Shown here: piece after piece, positions 37,777-47,033 of the stretch | Position numbering within the stretch: the stretch's first letter is position 1 | Layout: every line of letters starts with the position of its first letter | Source: Bacillota bacterium | GTDB taxonomy: Bacteria; Bacillota; UBA994; UBA5500 | Length of the DNA stretch: 64,000 bases | Assembly: GCA_023436245.1 (NCBI GenBank) | Contig: JAEZJZ010000078.1 | Coordinates: 79,758-143,757, forward strand | Direction of reading: 5' to 3' | Made by a program: the position numbers and the translations under genes | The notes under the pieces: generated by a model | The model's input: the letters and a program-made list of their open reading frames with translations, nothing else | Databases searched by the model: none | Told to the model about the DNA's origin: nothing

Positions 37777-39567
37777 ATGCTGACAGTGAGCAGTGGGTTT
37801 GCGGCAGCTGTTGCAGCTCCTAGCCGCCTGACTCGAGCGCGCGTCCGCCTGGAGGTGCTGGATACCAAGGCGTGGCTGGACAATGCCAAGGAGGCCAGCA
37901 GTGAGGCCGCAATCAGTCGCGTGCACCAAGTCACCAATAGAGAGCGACAGCCGGTGGCGGCGCTAGCAACGTTTGAGCCGAATTACTGGCGTCTGGACGG
38001 GTCGTTCGTTATACCTCCTGAGCCAGGAGATCTGCCGGAAGTAGAGATTGGGTGGTGGAGCGCTAATCTGTGCGAGGCCCAGGGCGTGTTTACCCCGCCC
38101 GAGACTATCAATATCACCTGTGGCGCGCTCTACAATGCGGCCGGCCTAACTATCACCTTTGACCCGGCTGCTAACGAGTACGCTACAGACTTCACGGTCA
38201 CGGCCTACGATGGGGTGAATAACATCATCTACCAGGAGGTCGTAACGGGCAACACGTCGCCAACCTACCGAGTAGAACGCGTCATCCCCCAGTTCAGACG
38301 TGTCAATCTCGTCATCAGCAAATGGGGGCATGGTCAGCGCCGAGCACGGGTGACGGAAATAGACTTCGGCCTGATTGAGGATTACGGCGAGGATAACCTG
38401 GTTGACATGTCACTGATCAATGAGATGGATCCGACCAGCGCCACGCTCCCAGCTGGTGAGCTCCGTTTCAGGATGAACAACAGCGATCGTCGGTTCAATA
38501 TCACCAATCCGCAGGGCTTGCACTACTTCCTCCAGCGCCGGCAGCGAGTCACTGCCGATCTGGGCGTTGAGGTTGATGGGCGGCTGGAGTACGTGCCGGC
38601 TGGCGCTTACTATCTGACCGACTGGAAGTCGGATCACGGAACGCTGACTGCATCGTTTGTCGCCAGAGACCTACTCGACGTGTTAGGCGAAGGCACTAGA
38701 TACCGACGAGGCCGGCTGCAGACTATGACCGCCTACGAACTGGCGGAGGACATCCTCCAGGATGCTGGTGTCGTTGACTACGCCATCGATCCCGCTCTGA
38801 AGGCCGTGCAGCTTGTCGGCTGCGTGCCTCTGGTTAGCCACCGTGACGCCCTCCAACTGGTGGCCGTGGCTAGTCAGGCGGTGGTGAGGGTTGACCGGCG
38901 CGACCGGCTGATCTTCGAGCGCCTGGACAACCTAGAGCCCGTGGCCACCATCGATATGGTCAACCAGTGGGACACGCCCGCAATCACACTGGATAGGCTG
39001 GCGACGGCGGTCAATGTCGAGATTGTTGGCCATAGACTGCGCGGCAGTGCTGAGGTTTACACTGGCACCGTAGCTGTTGAGGACCAAGCCGAGGTCTGGG
39101 TGGAGTACAGCAACCCCTGTCAGAACCACGCGGTGACAGTGACTGGCGGGACCCTGGACAGTGCCGAGCATTATGCCTATGCCTCGCGCTTGGTGATCGG
39201 TGGAGCTGGGCCGGTGGACATTAGCATCACTGCAGATGAGATGGAACTGACGCGCTCCATCTACACCTTGCAGAGCGACGATCCCTTATCCGCTGGCGAG
39301 CAGCCGCAGACTCTGACGGTCAAGAACCCACTGATCAGCAGTGCGACGGTGGCCGCAGAGGTGGCTGGTTGGTTGCTCGATGAGGCCAAGCAGCGCTTGC
39401 TCTATGATGTTAACTGGCGACAGAACCCGGCGCTGGAATGCGGGGATCTCGTAGCTATAGAGGATGAGTTTGGCGAGACAAAGGTAGCCCGGATCACCCG
39501 GCAAGAGTACGAGTTTGCCGGATATGTCAGTGGCCGTACGAGGGCAAAAGGTGGGGGCAGCGGATGA
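37777..39567 (+). CDS. tail protein (distal tail/tail-associated, Dit/Tal-like)
   Basis: ATG after TAGGAGGTG. 596 aa. Position after TMP. Confidence 0.5.
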   Translation: MLTVSSGFAAAVAAPSRLTRARVRLEVLDTKAWLDNAKEASSEAAISRVHQVTNRERQPVAALATFEPNYWRLDGSFVIPPEPGDLPEVEIGWWSANLCEAQGVFTPPETINITCGALYNAAGLTITFDPAANEYATDFTVTAYDGVNNIIYQEVVTGNTSPTYRVERVIPQFRRVNLVISKWGHGQRRARVTEIDFGLIEDYGEDNLVDMSLINEMDPTSATLPAGELRFRMNNSDRRFNITNPQGLHYFLQRRQRVTADLGVEVDGRLEYVPAGAYYLTDWKSDHGTLTASFVARDLLDVLGEGTRYRRGRLQTMTAYELAEDILQDAGVVDYAIDPALKAVQLVGCVPLVSHRDALQLVAVASQAVVRVDRRDRLIFERLDNLEPVATIDMVNQWDTPAITLDRLATAVNVEIVGHRLRGSAEVYTGTVAVEDQAEVWVEYSNPCQNHAVTVTGGTLDSAEHYAYASRLVIGGAGPVDISITADEMELTRSIYTLQSDDPLSAGEQPQTLTVKNPLISSATVAAEVAGWLLDEAKQRLLYDVNWRQNPALECGDLVAIEDEFGETKVARITRQEYEFAGYVSGRTRAKGGGSG

Positions 39568-39737
39568 GCTATGTTCTGATCGTACCAGTGATCCAGTCAG
39601 CAGCCATCGCCCCAAATCCGGTCAACGCGAACACGGCATATCTGATCAGCGTAGCCGTGACGGAGATTGAACTGCTGATTGAGCCGATCGTCAGATACTG
39701 CGGCGCGATCATCTGTGGAGAGGAGGGAATCGAGTAA
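39564..39737 (+). CDS. 57-aa ORF translationally coupled to both neighbours
   Basis: ATGA overlap upstream and TAATG overlap downstream. Absent from the ORF track because it is shorter than 60 aa. Confidence 0.35.
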   Translation: MSYVLIVPVIQSAAIAPNPVNANTAYLISVAVTEIELLIEPIVRYCGAIICGEEGIE

Positions 39738-40660
39738 TGGCACTTAGTCAAGTCAAGGCGCGAATCAACGGCGTGGAGCATGTTCTCACCTACAACGCAG
39801 GGACAGGCAAGTACGAGAAAACCATCACTGCCCCGAACGTGACCTCATATAACGTCAACGCTGGCCACTATTACCCCGTGACCGTCGAGGCGACGAACAC
39901 TGCCGGTACGGTGGCCACGGTTAACGACGTATCACCGACGGTTGGACCTAGCTTGAGGCTGTTGGTCAAGGAAAAGGTCAAGCCGACCATTGCGGTCACA
40001 TCGCCTGGCGCCGGCGCATATGTCTCCAACTCCAAGCAGCCGATCATGTTCCAGCTGCGTGACGAGACGAACGGGTCCGGCGTCAACCTGTCTACCTTGG
40101 CCTTGAAGATAGACGGGGGAACCTCCATTGGCAGTGGGGCAGCCGGTATGGTCTGCACCCCGGTCACCGGCGGCTACAACTGCACCTACACGCCTCAGAC
40201 GGCGCTGAGTGACGGGGCCCATACCGTAACGATCAATGTGTCGGACTACGACGGCAACTCCGCGACACAGGCCAGCAGGAGCTACACGGTCGACACTGCA
40301 CCGCCAATCCTCAATGTGACCAATCCAGCTAGTGGGTTCATCACCAATAACGCCAACCTCACCGTGCAGGGCACGACCAACGATGTCACATCTTCACCGG
40401 TGACCATCGCAATTAGGTTGAACGGGACGGACCAGGGCCCGGTAACTGTCACGGCTGGGTCGTTCGCCAAGTCGATTATTCTCGCTGAAGGTGCCAACAC
40501 CATCGTGATCACGGCGACCGATGCAGCGAACCAGGTGACCACCGTGACCATCACCGGCACGCTGGATACCTCGGTGCCGCAGATTACGGCGGTGACCATC
40601 ACGCCTAATCCGGTTGACGCCGGAGCGACCATGGTTATCTCTGTGAGCGTGACTGGATAA
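39737..40660 (+). CDS. Ig-like-domain tail fibre/receptor-binding-like protein
   Basis: Thr/Val-rich beta repeats (TVTINVSDYDGN, TIVITATDAANQVTTVTITG). Confidence 0.45.
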   Translation: MALSQVKARINGVEHVLTYNAGTGKYEKTITAPNVTSYNVNAGHYYPVTVEATNTAGTVATVNDVSPTVGPSLRLLVKEKVKPTIAVTSPGAGAYVSNSKQPIMFQLRDETNGSGVNLSTLALKIDGGTSIGSGAAGMVCTPVTGGYNCTYTPQTALSDGAHTVTINVSDYDGNSATQASRSYTVDTAPPILNVTNPASGFITNNANLTVQGTTNDVTSSPVTIAIRLNGTDQGPVTVTAGSFAKSIILAEGANTIVITATDAANQVTTVTITGTLDTSVPQITAVTITPNPVDAGATMVISVSVTG

Positions 40661-41274
40661 TGGAGCAGCTATCGGTCAACCTAGCGCTGGACATCATCTA
40701 CGTCTACGGCACGGTAAACGGGGCGGAAGCCGATTTCGCCCTGACCGCACCCGGCGTATGGTCCGCCGTCGTGCCCAGGTCGGAAGATGGGGTCTATACC
40801 GTCTCAGTAACAGCCTACAACAGCCTGGGTACTCCAACGACCTATGAAACGACGCTCTATCGGGCCAGTGGTCTGCTGCAGCCCAAGACGGATTGGGCGA
40901 GGGACGACTACTATAACGCCGAGGACCTCAATCGGGTGGAGATAAACACGCAATACTTGGCCGACGAGTTGACGTTGGCCGGGTACCAGGTGAGGCTTGA
41001 GCAGGTGATCGCCGACCGAGATATGACCCACTTCGAGTTTGCTTCAAGCCTATCCCGGGTTGAGAGGAGCATTGACGCCCTGGCAGCAGCCTTCATCGCG
41101 CCGCCTGGGTACCAGGAACCTAGGGTGTGGGCTGCCCTGGACACGTTTGACTACCGCGACGCTAACCGCCTAGAGCGCAACCTGCAGCTGCTCTACGATT
41201 GGTTAGTAGCCGCGATGGCCAGCTTCCGCCGCGCCGGCGCATTTGCCTGCGGCGAAGGAGGGGAGATTTACTAA
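40660..41274 (+). CDS. hypothetical tail-associated protein
   Basis: Overlapping start (TAATG). Confidence 0.4.
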   Translation: MEQLSVNLALDIIYVYGTVNGAEADFALTAPGVWSAVVPRSEDGVYTVSVTAYNSLGTPTTYETTLYRASGLLQPKTDWARDDYYNAEDLNRVEINTQYLADELTLAGYQVRLEQVIADRDMTHFEFASSLSRVERSIDALAAAFIAPPGYQEPRVWAALDTFDYRDANRLERNLQLLYDWLVAAMASFRRAGAFACGEGGEIY

Positions 41275-41717
41275 TGGGATATGACAAGATGACCTGGCAG
41301 GACCGTGTGGTTGAGAAGGCCAGGACGTTCACTATGACCAATAACCCGGACGGAACCATTAGTCTCACACCGTCGCCAGGTGTGGTGGTGCAGGAAGGTA
41401 CACCGGTCAATGCCGGCAACATGAACCATTTGGAGCAGGGCATCTGGGACGCCTACTGGCAGAGCGGAGCTGCGCCCTTGGAGGACGGCCTAGACACGGT
41501 GCTTGTCCGCGAGAGCGGTCTGCTGGTGCGTGTGGATGAGAGTGCCTCTGGTGTGCTGCGCCGACGAACGGAGTTTGCATGGGTGGGCGGCGCGCTGGCC
41601 AGCGTGACCACCACGATCCATGCTGCCGACGGCGTGACCGTGGCGCGGCAATGGACTGACACGCTGATCAGGGTGGACGGCGTGGTGGATCATATCGAGA
41701 AGGAGGTGATAGCATGA
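41274..41717 (+). CDS. hypothetical tail-associated protein
   Basis: TAATG overlap with the upstream gene. Confidence 0.4.
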   Translation: MGYDKMTWQDRVVEKARTFTMTNNPDGTISLTPSPGVVVQEGTPVNAGNMNHLEQGIWDAYWQSGAAPLEDGLDTVLVRESGLLVRVDESASGVLRRRTEFAWVGGALASVTTTIHAADGVTVARQWTDTLIRVDGVVDHIEKEVIA

Positions 41718-42694
41718 GCATTTGGCCAATTCTTGACGGTGTTGAGCAGTTGAAGCGAGGCGCTGGAGCAATCCTGGGCATAGATGGACATAAGTATGCC
41801 GCATTACTACAACAAGAACTGGAGATTCTCAGTTCTCCTACTTATAGTTACGGTTCGACAATTCGGTCAATGGCGGTAGATGATAATTTCATCTACGTGG
41901 GCGGCGGTTCAGGCACCTTCAACTCAGTGCACAAGATAGACAGAGCAACCGGTGCTTCGGTAGGCTCTTCCTCGCCGTGGGAGGGATTTGTCTATGCTCT
42001 AAAAGTGGATAGTGACTTCGTATACGCCGGGATCGGGGCAAACGTATGCAAGATCAGAAAGAATGACATGGGTACGATTGCCAGTGTTCCAGGTGGTGAT
42101 TCACAATTTGCGTTCACCATAGATGACCAGTATCTGTATACAACAGGTGTTAACACCATAATCAAGCGTCGACTGAGCGATCTTGTTTCAGTTGGGCAAA
42201 GTCCTTCCGTAGGTGGCTCCATCATGAGTATGGCTGTCGATGACACCTATGTGTATATAGGCAGTAATTCCTTTAGCACAGTCAAGCGATACCTCAAATC
42301 CAATTTGTCTGATGCTGGGGATTGTCAAACGAATGTCCCCACATATGCACTTCTGATTGACGGCGACTATGTATATGGCTGTGGGGCAGGCTCCAAGATT
42401 TTCAAACTTGACCGGGTAACGTTTACCTTGGTAAGAAATCAGACGCACCCGAGTGTTACCCTTCGTTGCATGGATATCGAAGACGACATTATGTATCTCG
42501 CTGGCGATGGGGATGTTATATATGCAGTGAACAAGCACACACTCCACGTCGAGCGTACGTCGCCAACATATGGCGGAGACATTCTGGCATTGTGTGTTGC
42601 TTATCCGTATGTTTTGGCTGGTGGGGTGAGCGCAGCATCTGTGAAGTGGTATCTTGATGGGCACAAAATACGTGGGTATAGGAGGATTGATTAA
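41714..42694 (+). CDS. beta-propeller-like repeat protein (low GC), candidate receptor-binding/host-range module
   Basis: Repeated motifs FIYVGG, FVYAG, YLYTTG, YVYIGS, YVYGCG, IMYLAG. Noticeably AT-richer. Confidence 0.4.
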   Translation: MSIWPILDGVEQLKRGAGAILGIDGHKYAALLQQELEILSSPTYSYGSTIRSMAVDDNFIYVGGGSGTFNSVHKIDRATGASVGSSSPWEGFVYALKVDSDFVYAGIGANVCKIRKNDMGTIASVPGGDSQFAFTIDDQYLYTTGVNTIIKRRLSDLVSVGQSPSVGGSIMSMAVDDTYVYIGSNSFSTVKRYLKSNLSDAGDCQTNVPTYALLIDGDYVYGCGAGSKIFKLDRVTFTLVRNQTHPSVTLRCMDIEDDIMYLAGDGDVIYAVNKHTLHVERTSPTYGGDILALCVAYPYVLAGGVSAASVKWYLDGHKIRGYRRID

Positions 42695-42696
42695 CC

Positions 42697-42975
42697 ATGT
42701 CCATCTATCTCTTCGAGAACCCAGAAAATGCTGCCAGTATTGTCTATGATGAGAGCACATTGACTGCCGCGGAGATGGCAAGGGGCGTGGCTGTTGAGTC
42801 ATTGCCTGCCCCAAACACGCCTGCTGGTAAAGTGGCTGTGTTGAAGGTCCGAAAGGCAACCGGCGAGGTCTGGTATGACTACGTGGACAAGCCGGAGTTT
42901 GAGCTGGAGCAGCGGGTCGTCGCAACCGAACAGGCATTGCTGGAGCTGCTGCTATCAGGGGGAGGGATGGCCTAG
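42697..42975 (+). CDS. XkdW-like hypothetical protein
   Basis: Position immediately before the XkdX-like gene. Confidence 0.3.
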   Translation: MSIYLFENPENAASIVYDESTLTAAEMARGVAVESLPAPNTPAGKVAVLKVRKATGEVWYDYVDKPEFELEQRVVATEQALLELLLSGGGMA

Positions 42976-43100
42976 TGTACGCATTCGCGCTGAGCATGTG
43001 GAAACAGGGCAGGATGGCGGTTGAACAACTGCAACAGCTGGTTGCTCTCGGGCGTATCACCCAGGAGCAGGCGAACGAGATTCAATCAATTTCACAGTAG
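42975..43100 (+). CDS. XkdX-like small phage protein (41 aa)
   Basis: GTG overlapping the upstream stop. LVALGRITQEQANEIQ resembles the XkdX consensus. Confidence 0.45.
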   Translation: MYAFALSMWKQGRMAVEQLQQLVALGRITQEQANEIQSISQ

Positions 43101-43169
43101 GCGCGTCCTGCGAGGCGCGCTTTAGTTTGAGGGCGGCCGGCGACGGTCGCCCTAGTTGTTGGGGGGGGG

Positions 43170-43487
43170 ATGGGGATGGAGTGGGACACAGTTCTGCCCG
43201 CACTGATTGCTGCGGCCGCGGCTGTCAGTGGCATGGTGCTCGGCTGGACAGCCAGGGCAAGGGACACACGACATGAGATCCGTGCAGACGCCGGGTCAAG
43301 CGCAGCCCTGCGCTCTGATGTTGAGTACATCAAGCGTGGAGTGGATGACCTTCGCCTAGACATTAAGGACCAGGGAAGGCGCTTCGATGAACTGGCTGAG
43401 CGCGTGACGCGGGTGGAGGAGTCGAGCAAGCAGGCGCACAAGCGAATTGACCGATTGGATGGTGTTGACCGTGGCGCTGACGACTAG
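43170..43487 (+). CDS. putative holin (single TM plus coiled coil)
   Basis: N-terminal TM VLPALIAAAAAVSGMVLGW. Immediately upstream of the endolysin. Confidence 0.4.
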   Translation: MGMEWDTVLPALIAAAAAVSGMVLGWTARARDTRHEIRADAGSSAALRSDVEYIKRGVDDLRLDIKDQGRRFDELAERVTRVEESSKQAHKRIDRLDGVDRGADD

Positions 43488-44718
43488 GCAACAGTTCATT
43501 ACCAGCAGAAACCGACCAGGCACCAGAATCACGCCGACGAGCGTCACTGTTCACAACACCGCCACGCCAAACGCCACAGCACAGAACGAACGAGACTTTC
43601 TGCAGACCCACCCGGATGCGAAGGTCTCGTTCCATTTTGCCGTGGATGATGCTGAGGCCGTGCAATGTCTGCCACTGGATGAGATGTCCTGGCACGCCGG
43701 CAGCCGGGCTAACCGACAGAGTATGAGCATCGAAGTCTGCGAGTTCGACGACCGGGAGCGCCAGACGATGGCCAACCGCAATGCGGCTGAGCTGGTCTCC
43801 CAATTGCTCGCTCAGTTTGGATGGGGGCTGGAGCAGGTCAAGACACACAAGGACTGGACCGGCAAGGAGTGTCCGCGGAAGCTACTACCGATGTGGGATG
43901 AGTTCCTGTTGATGATTGCGAGAGGGGGAGAAGAGATGAGATTCAAGGATGTTCCTGCTACCCACTGGGCGGCGGGAGCGATTGAGCAGGCGGTGAGCCA
44001 GGGCTGGGTGGGTGGCTTCACGGATGGCACGTTCCGGCCGGAGGAACCGGTTACCCGGGCGCAGGCGGTATCCATGGTCGGCCGGGCGACAGTCTACATG
44101 GCCAATCGGCTGCAGGCCCTGATCGCCAAGTGCAAGCCGGCGGTAGTCAAAGTGACCAGCCGATCCGCCGCAGGCACCGTCCTTGGTGCCGGCAGCATCA
44201 TCACGACTGATGGCTACATCCTCACCAACGAGCATGTGGTTAAGGACCGGCAGGCTGGGCAGTTCTACCCTGACCTACAGGTGCACATCGTGACTGACCC
44301 AGAGCTCTACGAGGTAACCAAGGCATACCCGGCCACGGTCGTCGCCACGAGTAACTGGGATGACCTGGCGCTCCTCAAGGTGGACCTGAAGGGGCTGCCC
44401 ATCCTGCCGTTGGCCAGCAAGACGCCGCCAGAGGGTACAGCAGTGGTAGCAGTGGGGCATCCGTCCGGAATGCAGTATACCAGCAGCGCCGGCGTTGTGA
44501 CTCAAGACATGGCTGTAATCGGCGGGATGATCACGGTGATGCAAACTGATGCAGCCATCAACCCTGGTAACAGTGGTGGCCCGATCGTGGATCTTGGCGG
44601 TCGCATGGTGGCCGTGGCCGTGTCTAAGCTGCAGGACTTGGACAATGTTGCGTTTGGTGTGCGCATCGAAGACGTGCGTAACTTCGTGGCCAAGCATCTG
44701 CCTAACCTAGTTAAGTAA
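43447..44718 (+). CDS. endolysin: N-acetylmuramoyl-L-alanine amidase plus SLH domain plus trypsin-like (S1) peptidase domain
   Basis: Amidase_2 N-terminus (ITPTSVTVHNTA...SFHFAVDD). SLH (FKDVPATHWAAGAIEQAVSQGWVGGFTDGTFRPEEPVTRAQ). Serine protease GNSGGP plus His/Asp. Confidence 0.75.
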   Translation: MTDWMVLTVALTTRQQFITSRNRPGTRITPTSVTVHNTATPNATAQNERDFLQTHPDAKVSFHFAVDDAEAVQCLPLDEMSWHAGSRANRQSMSIEVCEFDDRERQTMANRNAAELVSQLLAQFGWGLEQVKTHKDWTGKECPRKLLPMWDEFLLMIARGGEEMRFKDVPATHWAAGAIEQAVSQGWVGGFTDGTFRPEEPVTRAQAVSMVGRATVYMANRLQALIAKCKPAVVKVTSRSAAGTVLGAGSIITTDGYILTNEHVVKDRQAGQFYPDLQVHIVTDPELYEVTKAYPATVVATSNWDDLALLKVDLKGLPILPLASKTPPEGTAVVAVGHPSGMQYTSSAGVVTQDMAVIGGMITVMQTDAAINPGNSGGPIVDLGGRMVAVAVSKLQDLDNVAFGVRIEDVRNFVAKHLPNLVK

Positions 44719-44756
44719 TCACGGCCGCCTAAGCCGAGAAGAAAGGGTGAGAGATA

Positions 44757-45122
44757 ATGACAACTCAGCACGTGTTGCATATCGCGTGGGAGTGGCGTTA
44801 CCCCCTGGTGGTTGCGCTGCTGACCATCATCTACCTCGTGTTGAACTGGCAGCGGGCCTGGACCAAGCTCAAGGAGATCACACCTCAGCTGATGCTGCTG
44901 GCGCAGAAGCGAGCCAAAGAGCTCCTCCTGGCCTCCGGGGAGGCTCGCATGGCCTGGGTTGTGCAGTACATTATGACCACCGTCTTGCCGGCGTTTCCTG
45001 CATGGCTTCGCCCCTGGTTCACCGAGCAACGAGTCCGCGCATTTGCGCAATGGGTATTTGATACATCACTTGATCTACTGGACGACGGTCAGCTCAACGG
45101 CTCGGCCGACGTGAGCGCATAA
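44757..45122 (+). CDS. membrane protein (holin-like/lysis accessory)
   Basis: TM segments YPLVVALLTIIYLVL and VVQYIMTTVLPAFPAWL. Last gene before a strong terminator. Confidence 0.35.
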   Translation: MTTQHVLHIAWEWRYPLVVALLTIIYLVLNWQRAWTKLKEITPQLMLLAQKRAKELLLASGEARMAWVVQYIMTTVLPAFPAWLRPWFTEQRVRAFAQWVFDTSLDLLDDGQLNGSADVSA

Positions 45123-45159
45123 GGATCCCTCCTCTGTCGGGTGAAAGCTAGACCGGCAG

Positions 45160-45190
45160 TTAACGACGCCCCCGATAGGGGGCCTTTTTC
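45160..45190 (+). terminator. rho-independent terminator ending late operon
   Basis: GCCCCC-GATA-GGGGGC followed by TTTTTC. Confidence 0.6.
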
Positions 45191-45242
45191 ATTTCCAAAT
45201 AGCGCACAAGCGGGGCTTTCCTCTGGAGCCGTGACGAGATAA

Positions 45243-46121
45243 CTACTGGCTGTCTCGCCTGTCATCTGCTTCAGTGCTTGACACAACGGCGCTGGCTTCT
45301 TGCTTGTGCTTCATGACTTTCTCCAAGTACTCTCCCCAGTACTCCTCATCTCCATCGATATCCTGAAGCCAGTAGTACATGATTAACAGCTCGATATCCT
45401 GCTTGTGGCCCCTAACGAACGGCTTCCTGGAACACTTGGAGAATAGCGTATCAATATTGAAGAGGTTGCCCTTCTGCCTGTGGTCGTAATGGAGCATGCC
45501 ATTACTCAGCTTCTTACGGTGCCTGACCGGCCACTTATCATTGTGTTCGCAGAAGAAGTACGCGTATGAACAGGCGAAGGCTGGCATGCTGACCCCGTAT
45601 TTGGCCTCAGTGTGCTCAATCCACTCAGCAAACTCCGCGGTTACAAAAGGCACATCACGATTTCCAAGAGCGCTTGCTCTGACTCGCTGATGATCTTTGA
45701 TGAAGCGAAAGAGCATTTCTGTTTGGCTCTTCAGATACGGATGCTTCTTTACCAGGCTTGAGTAGCATTCGTAGGACATTGCTCTGAACTCGCTCTCTGA
45801 AGAGTAAAGCAGGAAGAGCTCATCTTCGTCGATGATGCCCCTCAGGAGTCTGTGCAGATAGTGTCCATGGTCTGCATACATCTGCAGCAGCCATTTCTGG
45901 ACATCGCCATCGTACTCATCAATAAGCTTCTGTAGCCGGTTGATTCTCTCCAGGTCAAGTGCATTGCGACTATCAATCTCTGTGATGTCGAGATAGTTGT
46001 TGAAATACTCAAAGACATAGCTCACGCATGCTTGGGTATTGTCAGATCTCTTCGACATATCGAACTCGTTTATCTGATCCTCCTGCTTTCGTTTGGCGAT
46101 ATACTCGTCGATCGTTAACAC
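45243..46121 (-). CDS. hypothetical protein (low GC), partner of the SLOG gene
   Basis: 292 aa with no recognisable domain. Directly downstream of 46205..46747 on the same strand. Confidence 0.45.
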   Translation of the reverse strand: MLTIDEYIAKRKQEDQINEFDMSKRSDNTQACVSYVFEYFNNYLDITEIDSRNALDLERINRLQKLIDEYDGDVQKWLLQMYADHGHYLHRLLRGIIDEDELFLLYSSESEFRAMSYECYSSLVKKHPYLKSQTEMLFRFIKDHQRVRASALGNRDVPFVTAEFAEWIEHTEAKYGVSMPAFACSYAYFFCEHNDKWPVRHRKKLSNGMLHYDHRQKGNLFNIDTLFSKCSRKPFVRGHKQDIELLIMYYWLQDIDGDEEYWGEYLEKVMKHKQEASAVVSSTEADDRRDSQ

Positions 46122-46204
46122 GGTTATCCCTCCTCACCATGCAAACACAAGAGACTTGCCTTCACCTCGTCTAGGTCAACAGACATCCGCACTGCGCCAC
46201 GCTT

Positions 46205-46747
46205 TCACCACCCGTAGAACTTCTTCGGATTGTAGATGACCAGCTCCCTTCCGGCCTTCCTCGCTCTGCAGACAGTATCATAGGTACCGCCTCGTTCCAC
46301 CTCAGTCCAGACAGCAAGAACTAAATCAGCCTGGTCGACCAAGTACTGGTTCCTGGCAAGTAGTTTCGCTGGGTCATATATGCCCACGGGAACCTTGGGG
46401 ACAGCGTACTCCGGAAGTTCATCAACTCGGACAACCTCATCGGCCACATCCAATCGATGCCGGTACCTTTGCCGGTGCTCCGGATCCCAGTGCTGCGCCT
46501 GGTCTGCATACGGCACCGCAGCAACAAGCCGTACTTCCGGGTGTAGCTGTTCCCGAATTTTGGTGCACACGTCAAAAGCCATGCTATCTACGCCAAGTGC
46601 CATACCGAAGAGAAAACGATCAGCCTTGCGTTTCTGGATGAACTCCAGCAGCCGCCGCGCCAGCTCTTGACGCATATACGCATAGTTTCGGTTGGGGCTG
46701 TATCCCCAAAGGCCGGTTGGGCGATGGCCAGTAACAGCTACGATCAT
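46205..46747 (-). CDS. SLOG-superfamily (YpsA/DUF1273-like) protein
   Basis: ATG at 46747 after GGAAGGTGGTG. MIVAVTGHRP...FLFGMALGVD...LVLAVW...GGT matches the Rossmann SLOG pattern. Confidence 0.5.
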   Translation of the reverse strand: MIVAVTGHRPTGLWGYSPNRNYAYMRQELARRLLEFIQKRKADRFLFGMALGVDSMAFDVCTKIREQLHPEVRLVAAVPYADQAQHWDPEHRQRYRHRLDVADEVVRVDELPEYAVPKVPVGIYDPAKLLARNQYLVDQADLVLAVWTEVERGGTYDTVCRARKAGRELVIYNPKKFYGW

Positions 46748-47033
46748 TTGTTTGCACCACCTTCCTGGACTATGATACTGCGTTGCTAGTGCAATGTCCT
46801 GCAGATATTGAGATGAGAGTTCGGGGCAACGCATGGTCTCCTCAGATCGGCAAAACTGACCGGTCAAGTACCAGAAGCTTGGCATTTCCACCTGAAGCAG
46901 GACGAATTCTGGCGTCTGGGGGAAGGATTTTGCACGTAAATAGGCAAATTCATGCAGTAGACCAGTGTGGGCTGCTGTTGGACAGGTGGATGAGCAAAAA
47001 ACGATACCGGGAGATAGATGGAGGTGATCGACT

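Larger units (their letters stand above)
2230..45200. mobile_element. temperate siphovirus-type prophage (serine-integrase type); right boundary uncertain and may extend to about 57 kb
   Basis: Modules in order: int, moron island, cI/cro, YqaJ-RecT-Rep-RusA, ArpU, terS/terL, portal, head, tail with TMP, XkdX, holin/endolysin. Host-type genes lie to the left of 2.2 kb. An SLH S-layer gene lies to the right of 58.4 kb. Confidence 0.7.
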
